Origin: a virus
Taxonomy: Duplodnaviria; Caudoviricetes
IMG/VR virus record: IMGVR_UViG_3300020330_000002
Coordinates: 1-25,098 of that record
DNA length: 25,098 bases
Strand: one strand, 5' to 3'
The position numbers and the translations under genes were made by a program. The notes beneath the pieces are model-generated. The model saw only the letters and a program-made list of their open reading frames with translations, made no database searches and had not been told where the DNA came from. This document shows positions 17,219 to 23,783 of the stretch, piece by piece. How positions within the stretch are numbered: position 1 is the first letter of the stretch; every line of letters starts with the position of its first letter.

Positions 17219-17346
17219 AGCCACTCCACCAGATCGCCGTCAGCAATCTCGCTGTAGTCCAGCCCCTTCCAATCAGCAATGGCCTGCCACACCGACTCCT
17301 CCGTATAAGGACGGTCGGGGTCGTGGTAATCCTGCCAACTCTCCAT
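17215..17346 (-). CDS. Acidic microprotein, 43 aa (MESWQDYHDPDRPYTEESVWQAIADWKGLDYSEIADGDLVEWL)
   Basis: RBS AAGGGAG before the ATG; ATGA overlap downstream. Confidence 0.7.
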   Translation of the reverse strand: MESWQDYHDPDRPYTEESVWQAIADWKGLDYSEIADGDLVEWL

Positions 17347-17355
17347 GTCTCTCCC

Positions 17356-18231
17356 TTACCTTTCCTGCGCGAAGCGCACGTTGTTTATTCCCTTCGGGCA
17401 CATGCCACACTCGACACACGCCCCCTTACCGACACGCTCAGGCGGGCGCTTCACGCCCGCCGCCATCGCATCAGACCTACGGGCAGCCCGCTCCTCGTCG
17501 GACTCCCACACAATCAAAGGCACCTTGCCCGTCAACTCAGGGCAGCGTGGCCCCTTGCGTTGCTTCGGGAACAAAGCAGCGATCTCCTCCGTCTCCTGCC
17601 AAGTGGCACCACAGAACGCATACTTCACCCACCCCCTCGGATCTACCTCCTGCACCTGCCTAGCCGTGTCCACATTGTGCCTGTCCACCGACAGGTACAC
17701 CACCAGGTTCGGTGCGGGCACACAGTTAGCGACGAAGGTACGCACCAGCATGTGCCCCCTCGTATACAAGAACACCCGCATATCAGGGTGGAACAAGGCA
17801 ACCTGATTCCACGCCTGCAACTCATCGAACGAATCCAACTCACCATCCCAATGCGGACGATAGAACCTGTCCCCCACAGGGACGCCACGCTTCACCATCT
17901 GCACCTCCACATCGTGGACGAGGCGATCAAACAAGGGCACCAGCTCATCGAACGACCTGCCCCTGGTCAGGTCCGTGTTGTGCGTCAACAAGGCGCGGAC
18001 ATTCGGGTACACCTCCGCTGCCCCCGCATAGCACCCCTCGCAGAACGGAGTCATCCACTTGCACTCCGACGACAGGGTGCCGAACGAGTTCTTCACCACC
18101 ACCTCAGCCTCATGCCCGCCCGCCTTCTTCTGATGCTGCCAAGGCGACAACTTCCTGTTGCCGCTGGCCTTGAGTGGGACGGGTGCCCACACCTTGCCGA
18201 TGCGGACTTGCTGCTCATGCAAAGATGTCAT
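17356..18231 (-). CDS. GP88-like Cys-cluster protein (radical-SAM-related fold suspected)
   Basis: GNRKL, CKWMTPFCEGCYA, RPHWDGE, FLYTR, NLVVYLSVD, CP...CVECGMC. Confidence 0.75.
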   Translation of the reverse strand: MTSLHEQQVRIGKVWAPVPLKASGNRKLSPWQHQKKAGGHEAEVVVKNSFGTLSSECKWMTPFCEGCYAGAAEVYPNVRALLTHNTDLTRGRSFDELVPLFDRLVHDVEVQMVKRGVPVGDRFYRPHWDGELDSFDELQAWNQVALFHPDMRVFLYTRGHMLVRTFVANCVPAPNLVVYLSVDRHNVDTARQVQEVDPRGWVKYAFCGATWQETEEIAALFPKQRKGPRCPELTGKVPLIVWESDEERAARRSDAMAAGVKRPPERVGKGACVECGMCPKGINNVRFAQER

Positions 18232-18484
18232 ACAACAACCCCTTACAGGCGGTCACCAAGTGGCCGCCGCTATTCAACTCAGGATCGCACGCAGCGAACA
18301 CCGTCGCCCCGTTGCTCAACACCAGGACAGCCACACCAGCGGCGCACCACTCCCTGTCCTCCGCATACTTGTCGCCGCTTTCCGTCTCATCAACCCAGCC
18401 GACAAGTTCCTTCTCAGACTCCACCATCGGGCGGATCATCACGATCCTATGCCCGATGAGCGGGTCCGTTGTTGTATTACCCAT
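18215..18484 (-). CDS. Hypothetical protein, 89 aa
   Basis: RBS GGAGG; LIGHRIVMIRPM..E..GW and LSNG..VF..DPE.N.GG pattern. Confidence 0.75.
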   Translation of the reverse strand: MGNTTTDPLIGHRIVMIRPMVESEKELVGWVDETESGDKYAEDREWCAAGVAVLVLSNGATVFAACDPELNSGGHLVTACKGLLYDIFA

Positions 18485-18644
18485 TGCCTTCCTCCCTCAT
18501 CGCATCGAATCTCAGGTTCGCAGCAAAATCAGCAGCGACCTGCGGGTCGCACTCGAAGCAGCCGTCGCCCTCGCACTCCTCGCAGTCATCGTCCACTTCG
18601 GGCGGGTTGCCCAACCACTCAGGTGTCACAAACTCACGCACCAT
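18477..18644 (-). CDS. Cys-rich microprotein, 55 aa (MVREFVTPEW...CEECEGDGCFECD)
   Basis: AAGGGGG upstream; overlaps both neighbours. Confidence 0.7.
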   Translation of the reverse strand: MVREFVTPEWLGNPPEVDDDCEECEGDGCFECDPQVAADFAANLRFDAMREEGNG

Positions 18645-18807
18645 GTACCCCCTTATAGTAACTAGTCACCATGTGTCCGAACGAGGAAAACAGATCCTCC
18701 TCCAACAACCTATACTGGTCCTCCTGGCGGATACGATCCAGCAAGCAGGTGTCGTCACAGTTCTGCGGGTCGCCACAAAAGCGACACGCATCTACCTCAC
18801 ACATCAT
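18634..18807 (-). CDS. Cys-rich microprotein, 57 aa (MMCEVDACRFCGDPQNCDDTC...)
   Basis: RBS GAGGAG; tiles the gap between neighbours. Confidence 0.65.
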   Translation of the reverse strand: MMCEVDACRFCGDPQNCDDTCLLDRIRQEDQYRLLEEDLFSSFGHMVTSYYKGVHGA

Positions 18808-18907
18808 CTCTCCTCTCTAATAGTGCCAGCACGGTGCTGACAACAACCAATAGGGCGCTACCCCAGAACACGAAGAACAAGAAACCTTCGACGCTAAGTT
18901 GACTCAT
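18797..18907 (-). CDS. Single-pass membrane peptide, 36 aa (MSQLSVEGFLFFVFWGSALLVVVSTVLALLERRDDV)
   Basis: ATGA overlap with the upstream gene; hydrophobic stretch of about 22 aa. Confidence 0.7.
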   Translation of the reverse strand: MSQLSVEGFLFFVFWGSALLVVVSTVLALLERRDDV

Positions 18908-19050
18908 ACCACCACCCCTTCTTCCGCGCATTCTGAACACACGCGATTATTCTCGCCCGTGCCGTCGCCAAAGTTGACGTACACGGTTACGCCCTCACCG
19001 TTGGCAACTTCATCGCCACACCAGTCACAGGCCAGTTCTGGATTCCTCAT
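18904..19050 (-). CDS. Zinc-finger microprotein, 48 aa (MRNPELACDWC...CSECAEE)
   Basis: Two CxxC pairs; purine-rich RBS; first gene after a strong promoter. Confidence 0.75.
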   Translation of the reverse strand: MRNPELACDWCGDEVANGEGVTVYVNFGDGTGENNRVCSECAEEGVVV

Positions 19051-19091
19051 ACCATCACCCCCTCTCCTCCTTCTTCTCCCTACTAGACACC

Positions 19092-19120
19092 AGTTTACTT
19101 GACAAGGTGGCACCAGTCAA
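19092..19120 (-). promoter_or_regulatory. Sigma-70-type early promoter TTGACT-N17-TAAACT
   Basis: Near-consensus hexamers with 17-nt spacing in an intergenic gap. Confidence 0.8.
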
Positions 19121-19137
19121 GGTGGCGCGGCACCTAC

Positions 19138-19326
19138 TCACAAACCCCACGCCTCCTCCCACACACGCACCAGGCCATCAGCCTCAGCCACACTGGTGCA
19201 TGGAATCCTCAGGATGATAGAGTCCGACGAATCCCCCGTCGGAGCATCCATCCACACCTCCACCTGATCCCCCGTCACGAACACATGACGAGGCGTACCC
19301 TTCACTATCGCACGGAAAATACCCAT
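19138..19326 (-). CDS. Hypothetical protein, 62 aa (MGIFRAIVKG...); the frame is also open upstream to 19410 through the repeat
   Basis: RBS AGGAG before the ATG at 19326. Confidence 0.7.
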   Translation of the reverse strand: MGIFRAIVKGTPRHVFVTGDQVEVWMDAPTGDSSDSIILRIPCTSVAEADGLVRVWEEAWGL

Positions 19327-19340
19327 CGCTCCTGCTCCTC

Positions 19341-19403
19341 TCATTTGGATTGTTGGTCGCTTCATTTGGATTGCTGGTCGCTTCATTTGGATTGCTGGTC
19401 GCT
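19341..19403. repeat. 21-bp tandem repeat x3 (TCATTTGGATTGYTGGTCGCT)
   Basis: Units at 19341-61, 19362-82 and 19383-403 with one mismatch in total. Confidence 0.97.
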
Positions 19404-19540
19404 CATCCATCAGCGTTGCTCCCTTCTTCGCTCATCAGAGCGAACCATTCAATGTGCCTACGCATCTCGTCAGGCGTCAACTTGTTCGCCGCATCGCACA
19501 ACTGCATCAGCTGATCGTGCGTCCACTCCTTATCAACCAT
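19403..19540 (-). CDS. Microprotein, 45 aa (MVDKEWTHDQLMQLCD...)
   Basis: RBS GGAGGAG before the ATG at 19540. Confidence 0.7.
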   Translation of the reverse strand: MVDKEWTHDQLMQLCDAANKLTPDEMRRHIEWFALMSEEGSNADG

Positions 19541-19703
19541 CAGCCTGCTCCTCCTGCTCGATGTGAGCGTTGTGATCACGACGCACCCACTCCACCGTGG
19601 CCCGCCACTTGGTCGTCTCCCAATCGCACCCATCAGGACACGAACAGAAACCACCCACTCCTAGTGAGCCTGCATGGACAACACGTAACGCATGACTACT
19701 CAT
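19533..19703 (-). CDS. Microprotein, 56 aa with C2H2-like ligands (CSCPDGCDW...HNAH)
   Basis: Strong RBS AGGAGGT before the ATG at 19703. Confidence 0.7.
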   Translation of the reverse strand: MSSHALRVVHAGSLGVGGFCSCPDGCDWETTKWRATVEWVRRDHNAHIEQEEQADG

Positions 19704-19745
19704 AACATCCACCTCCTAGTGGATATGGGCCACCTCCTAGTGTTC

Positions 19746-19761
19746 ATTGCCACATGGCAAC
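19746..19761. promoter_or_regulatory. Palindromic operator candidate TTGCCA-CA-TGGCAA (copy 1)
   Basis: The identical 16-mer ATTGCCACATGGCAAC recurs at 20735-20750; both copies are intergenic. Confidence 0.7.
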
Positions 19762-19786
19762 GAACTACCAGGATCGAGCCAAGCTG

Positions 19787-19825
19787 AAAAGAAAACAAGA
19801 AAAGGCGGACCCTATTGGGTCCGCC
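19787..19825 (-). terminator. Rho-independent terminator
   Basis: 9-bp stem GGCGGACCC/GGGTCCGCC (19804-19825) followed on the minus strand by a long U-rich tract, about 25 nt after the stop at 19850. Confidence 0.85.
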
Positions 19826-19849
19826 CATTCTCTATATTGTGACTACCGA

Positions 19850-20575
19850 TTAGACGCTGACGGCATCTTTGAGGACGCTATCTTCGGGCGTGTGGGTTAC
19901 CGTGACACCTAGCGCATCAGCGAGCATGCCGACACAACGGATAGCGGCCTTATCTTCCGTAGCCATTGTTCCGTTATGGGCGTCAAGTGCAGCGAATACC
20001 GTAGCGACTAAGCCGTCGCCGTCGATAGTTGCCACGGCGGCACCGTTGGCATCAGCAGCAGAATCAGGCGCATTGCCACCATCCTCAGGCTTAGTCGTAG
20101 GCGGAGAATCCGCAAGGCGCATAGCCTTAGCATGGTCCCGCGCTTCCGCTGCCGTAGGCTTATTGGTCGTCATCCATTCCACAATGGCTGACCTCCGCGC
20201 GCCTTTGTTCTTCCACGCTAGGGCCGCCAGGTATTTATGAGCAGCGAACGAAACGCCCTCTACCCTGACCGCCTTAGGAAAGGCCGTAGCAACATTGCGC
20301 CACTGGATCAGCGTATTCGCTGACCGATTGCACTTTGCATCGTTGCTATCTTCGGTAGCAGCGAGAATAGCGAATACTTCCGCTTCTTTCACCGTTTCAC
20401 CGCTAATCGAGCGATGCCTCCAGTGTGCTACGTCCCTAGGGATTAGCACCGCGATGGCATCACCAACCGTGAACGCGCCGCGCTCATGAGTATTAACTTT
20501 CCCTACCAGCGTTTTCAGTTTCGCATCGGTAGGGAAGTCCCTACCCTTATCGGTAGTCGTGACTGTCTTAGCCAT
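19850..20575 (-). CDS. Putative DNA-binding early protein resembling LmbU-type regulators, 241 aa
   Basis: RBS GAGGAG before the ATG at 20575; VGD...NTLIQWRNVATAFPKAVRVEGVSFAAH resembles the GDW...TLxNYxxVAxxF..R..LSFxHH pattern. Confidence 0.55.
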   Translation of the reverse strand: MAKTVTTTDKGRDFPTDAKLKTLVGKVNTHERGAFTVGDAIAVLIPRDVAHWRHRSISGETVKEAEVFAILAATEDSNDAKCNRSANTLIQWRNVATAFPKAVRVEGVSFAAHKYLAALAWKNKGARRSAIVEWMTTNKPTAAEARDHAKAMRLADSPPTTKPEDGGNAPDSAADANGAAVATIDGDGLVATVFAALDAHNGTMATEDKAAIRCVGMLADALGVTVTHTPEDSVLKDAVSV

Positions 20576-20734
20576 TGTTTCTCTCCTCACCACATACGTG
20601 GCAGGCGTGGCATAGGTCAGCGTGACCTACGGTCACGACTAGACACATATGTGATTGTCAAATAACAAGCGTCGACCGACCTGGCCGACTAGGAACCACA
20701 TTACTACACAAGGCCGCACCGATCAAGACCCATT

Positions 20735-20750
20735 ATTGCCACATGGCAAC
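20735..20750. promoter_or_regulatory. Palindromic operator candidate (copy 2)
   Basis: ATTGCCACATGGCAAC, identical to 19746-19761. Confidence 0.7.
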
Positions 20751-20787
20751 CATGCCACCGATAGCAACTACCCTGCAGCAGTAGTCC

Positions 20788-20933
20788 GCCTACCCTCGGG
20801 CGCATGGTTCGCCTTACGCCTGGTGTTAGGGGCGCCTAACGCCTGGTGCCAAACACACTTCACCAGAAACCGTAGGCAAAGCTGACAGCCAGGGTGAACC
20901 TGGCCTAACGCCGAAAGTAAAGCAAGCCTAACA
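20788..20933 (+). repeat. Degenerate array with 23-bp phasing, core GCCTAAC
   Basis: Cores start at 20788, 20811, 20834, 20857, 20880, 20903 and 20926. Confidence 0.75.
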
Positions 20934-21057
20934 GGTTCGCTGGGCAACTGGCAGGGGCACCCCCAAGGGGGGGCGGGCCCCCTCTACGAACCATGTATAG
21001 ATAAGCGTTTCCGATACGTTCGAGTTCTCTGGCTTCCGCCCTGGGGGCTTTTGCTCA

Positions 21058-21092
21058 CACTTATACTGGGGCTTGCACTTATACTGGGGCTT
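21058..21092 (+). repeat. Direct repeat CACTTATACTGGGGCTT x2 (18-bp period) upstream of terS
   Basis: Copies at 21058-74 and 21076-92; partial CTGGGGGCTT at 21041-50. Confidence 0.9.
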
Positions 21093-21142
21093 TGACATCT
21101 TCGTCTCAGGCTTGGGGCCTGTTCCTTGATGTCTGGGCTTGC

Positions 21143-21187
21143 GGCTAGAGGGCGACGCTCCGCGTCGCCCGTGCCTAGCCCTTTTTT
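21143..21187 (+). terminator. Terminator-like hairpin with T tract upstream of terS
   Basis: GGGCGACGC-TCC-GCGTCGCCC stem enclosed by GGCTAG/CTAGCC and followed by TTTTTT. Confidence 0.6.
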
Positions 21188-21266
21188 AATATGATGTTTG
21201 GTGTCCCACCCAGTGTTTACTAGGGTGTTTGGTGGGACAGGTTGGTGTAGTTGTTGGAGGTGTTTG

Positions 21267-21725
21267 ATGCCGCAGAATGGTGGTGGTCGGGGCTGGAAGG
21301 TTGATCCTGATTCTGGTGCGAAGGTGATGCCTGAGCAGTGGGCGACGTTTTTGGATTGGGTTCTTCAGGGTCCCGATAGGGAACCTAAGTTCCAGTATGA
21401 GTGGGCTGAGCAGAATGGGTGTCATCCTGATTCTATTCGTCGGTGGAAGCGTGATCCGAGGTTTGTGAGGGAGTGGGATCGTCGTGCTGCTGAGTTGAAT
21501 ATTCATCCTGAGCGGACCCAGGGTGTGATTGATTCTTTGCATGCTGCTGCGGTTGGTGGGTCTGTGCAGGCTGCGTCGTTGTATTTGCAGTATGTTGAGA
21601 AGTTCACGCCGAGGCGGCGTGTGGTTGTTGATGATGAGCGTGAGGTTGTTGGTTTGTCGGATGACGAGTTGGCTGATGAGCTTGCGGGTTTGGTTGCGGA
21701 GTTTCGTTCTGAGGGTGGTGGATGA
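21267..21725 (+). CDS. terS: Probable terminase small subunit (HTH)
   Basis: RBS GGAGGT; HTH-like QYEWAEQNGCHPDSIRRWKRDPRF; GSVQAASLYLQY and LSDDEL motifs; first gene of the packaging operon. Confidence 0.75.
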   Translation: MPQNGGGRGWKVDPDSGAKVMPEQWATFLDWVLQGPDREPKFQYEWAEQNGCHPDSIRRWKRDPRFVREWDRRAAELNIHPERTQGVIDSLHAAAVGGSVQAASLYLQYVEKFTPRRRVVVDDEREVVGLSDDELADELAGLVAEFRSEGGG

Positions 21726-22600
21726 TAATGGCTGGGCTTGTTTCGATGTGGGGGCCTAATGCTCAGGGGGTTCGTTCTCGCCCTGATCGGTCTGTGAGTT
21801 TGCAGCCCGAGTTGTTGCGTGTAGAGCAGATGCGTCCGCAGCAAATGGGCGGTGTTTTCCATTGGGGTGGTTACGGCAACCCTCCTGCTTTGTGGCAGTC
21901 GGGGCCTGACGGGCGCGGTTTTTGGGGGGGTGCGTCTGACCTTGAGGGTCGAAAGTTTTTGGAGGCTGCTGCGGAGCAGGCTCGCAGGGAGGGGAAAGAT
22001 GTGCCTCCCGATCCTGAGGGAGGGTCGGCTGAAGAGGGAAACTGGGTGACGAAGATTTATGACTACCTTGGCCGCACTCCGCGCTATATATCGCTTCCTG
22101 ACGAGGGTGGTATCACGGATGATGTGCCTGAACCTGCGGACAGTGACGCTGTTGAGCCTGTCCCCGATCCTGTGCCTGAGCCGCTGCCTGAGCCTGATGA
22201 TGGACCGTGGCTGTTTCAGGGGCTGCCTGATGCTGTGGCCGATGATCCAGAGTTTTCTGCTACTCAGTTGCGGGATCTGGTTTCGCGGATGGGTGGTGAG
22301 CCTCCTCGGATTGGGCGTCAGAATCCTGAGTCGTCTCGGGATGGGCGTGAACGGGGCGGCGATTTTTTGCCTGGGGCGCCGTTGTCTGATGAGCAGAGGA
22401 GAATCAATCAGCGTGGTTTGGAGGGGGCGCGTGATGTGTTGAGGGGGCTTGGTGGTAGCGTGGGAGACATGCCGTTGGAACACAAGTTGGCTTTGGTTGC
22501 GGCGATGGTTGGTGCTGGTTTGTTGACTGTGGGAACGGGTGGGTTAGCTGGTCCTGCGTTGATGGCTGGCGGTGGTTTGTCGTTGTTGAGCAACCAGTAG
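21722..22600 (+). CDS. Acidic Pro-rich protein with C-terminal hydrophobic/Gly-rich segment
   Basis: ATGA overlap with terS; PEPxPEP linker; LALVAAMVGAGLLTVGTGGLAG tail. Confidence 0.7.
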   Translation: MIMAGLVSMWGPNAQGVRSRPDRSVSLQPELLRVEQMRPQQMGGVFHWGGYGNPPALWQSGPDGRGFWGGASDLEGRKFLEAAAEQARREGKDVPPDPEGGSAEEGNWVTKIYDYLGRTPRYISLPDEGGITDDVPEPADSDAVEPVPDPVPEPLPEPDDGPWLFQGLPDAVADDPEFSATQLRDLVSRMGGEPPRIGRQNPESSRDGRERGGDFLPGAPLSDEQRRINQRGLEGARDVLRGLGGSVGDMPLEHKLALVAAMVGAGLLTVGTGGLAGPALMAGGGLSLLSNQ

Positions 22601-22611
22601 GTGCGTGGTGC

Positions 22612-22722
22612 GTGGTGCGTAGGGTTGGTGCTACGGCGCTGTTGTTGAGTGTTTCGGCTGTGGTGTGTGCTGCCTTCATGGTTTGGGGTTTGGGTCGGAC
22701 GTTACAATCGTTGTTCGAGTAG
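22612..22722 (+). CDS. Membrane peptide, about 36 aa (MVRRVGATALLLSVSAVVCAAFMVWGLGRTLQSLFE)
   Basis: Fills the gap; its stop abuts the next ATG; one TM helix; start uncertain. Confidence 0.55.
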   Translation: MVRRVGATALLLSVSAVVCAAFMVWGLGRTLQSLFE

Positions 22723-22896
22723 ATGAGCACGATCACTAAGTTCGTTGTGGCCGTGACAGGCTTGTTGGTGGCGGTTGGTACGTTGATTGGAACGATTAGC
22801 ATGAATCTTGGTCGGTCATCGAAGCCTGAAGGGGTTACTATCATTTTGAATAGCCCTGAGGCGTATGCTGAGTTCCTTGCGGATCATCCTGGGTGA
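22723..22896 (+). CDS. Membrane peptide, 57 aa (MSTITKFVVAVTGLLVAVGTLIGTISM...)
   Basis: N-terminal TM helix; TGATG overlap with terL. Confidence 0.7.
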   Translation: MSTITKFVVAVTGLLVAVGTLIGTISMNLGRSSKPEGVTIILNSPEAYAEFLADHPG

Positions 22897-23783
22897 TGAG
22901 CCGTCTGGGTGAGCTGCGTCAGGAAGCGGAGTGGAGGAAGTGTGGAAGAGATGAGTCGTACTTCTTGCGTAAGTATTGGCATATTGCTCATCCTGCTCAT
23001 GGTCGAATTCTTTTTGATCTTCGGGATGCCCAGTCTTTCGCTTTGAGCCATTGGGCGGATAACCGTTATTCGTTGACGTTGAAGGCCCGTCAGATCGGGT
23101 GGTCTACGTTGGTGGCTGCTCACCAGTTTTGGTTGGCGTTTTTTCATGCGGATCAGAACATTATTGATTTGTCGCGTACTGAGCGTGAGGCTGTTCAGTT
23201 GTTGCGGAAGACGAAGTACGGGTTTAAGCATTTGCCTGGGTGGATGGTGGAGCGTGGCCCGAGGCAGCTTGTTGAGCATCAGCAACGCATGTTTTTCGGC
23301 AATGGTTCTCAGATTGTTTCGATGCCGTCTGCGTCTGATCCTGCGCGTGGTGAGTCCGCCACGCTTATCGTGGTGGACGAGTGGGCGTTTTTGCCGAATC
23401 CAGAGGAGGCGTGGTCCTCTATTGAACCTGTCGCTGACGTGGGTGGCCGTATTATTGGTTTGTCTACGGCGAATGGGTCGGGAAACTTTTTTCATCATTT
23501 GTGGACGGGGGCCAGCACGGGGAACAACAAGTTCGAGTCGATGTTTTTTCCGTGGTCTGCGACTGAGGATCGTGGCCCGTCTTGGTACGAGGAGAAGAAG
23601 CAGTCGATGCTGCCTTGGCAGTTGGCTCAGGAGTATCCGACTACGCCTGAGGAGGCGTTTGTGCGGTCGGGTAACCCTGTGTTCGATTTGGATGTGTTGG
23701 ACGACATGATGGTTCGTTGCCGCCCTGGGTTGTCGGGGTATTTGCATGAGTTATCGCCCAGGTCTGTAGAGTTCAGGTCGTGA
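22896..23783 (+). CDS. terL: Terminase large subunit, ATPase domain
   Basis: Walker A LKARQIGWS, Walker B LIVVDEWAF, coupling motif LSTANG, QEYP..PEEAF..SG. Confidence 0.95.
   Translation: MSRLGELRQEAEWRKCGRDESYFLRKYWHIAHPAHGRILFDLRDAQSFALSHWADNRYSLTLKARQIGWSTLVAAHQFWLAFFHADQNIIDLSRTEREAVQLLRKTKYGFKHLPGWMVERGPRQLVEHQQRMFFGNGSQIVSMPSASDPARGESATLIVVDEWAFLPNPEEAWSSIEPVADVGGRIIGLSTANGSGNFFHHLWTGASTGNNKFESMFFPWSATEDRGPSWYEEKKQSMLPWQLAQEYPTTPEEAFVRSGNPVFDLDVLDDMMVRCRPGLSGYLHELSPRSVEFRS

Noticed and set aside
14242-18840. Plus-strand ORFs such as 14741..15487, 15459..16217, 16085..16894 and 17323..18459
   Set aside because: Antisense to a fully tiled minus-strand operon; the C/A-rich strand is poor in stop codons by composition
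19341-19403. Triple repeat as a mini-CRISPR array
   Set aside because: The units are contiguous with no spacers
20655-20885. 76-aa plus-strand ORF in the divergent region
   Set aside because: TTG start without an RBS; overlaps the operator and repeat array; no protein-like features
20788-20933. 23-bp phased array as CRISPR
   Set aside because: The conserved core is only about 7 bp and the period is far shorter than a repeat-spacer unit; no cas operon
20576-21266. tRNA or known structured ncRNA in the non-coding region
   Set aside because: Hairpins exist (e.g. CGTGACC-TAC-GGTCACG at 20621-37), but I could not find a cloverleaf or a recognisable family; an Infernal/Rfam scan would be needed
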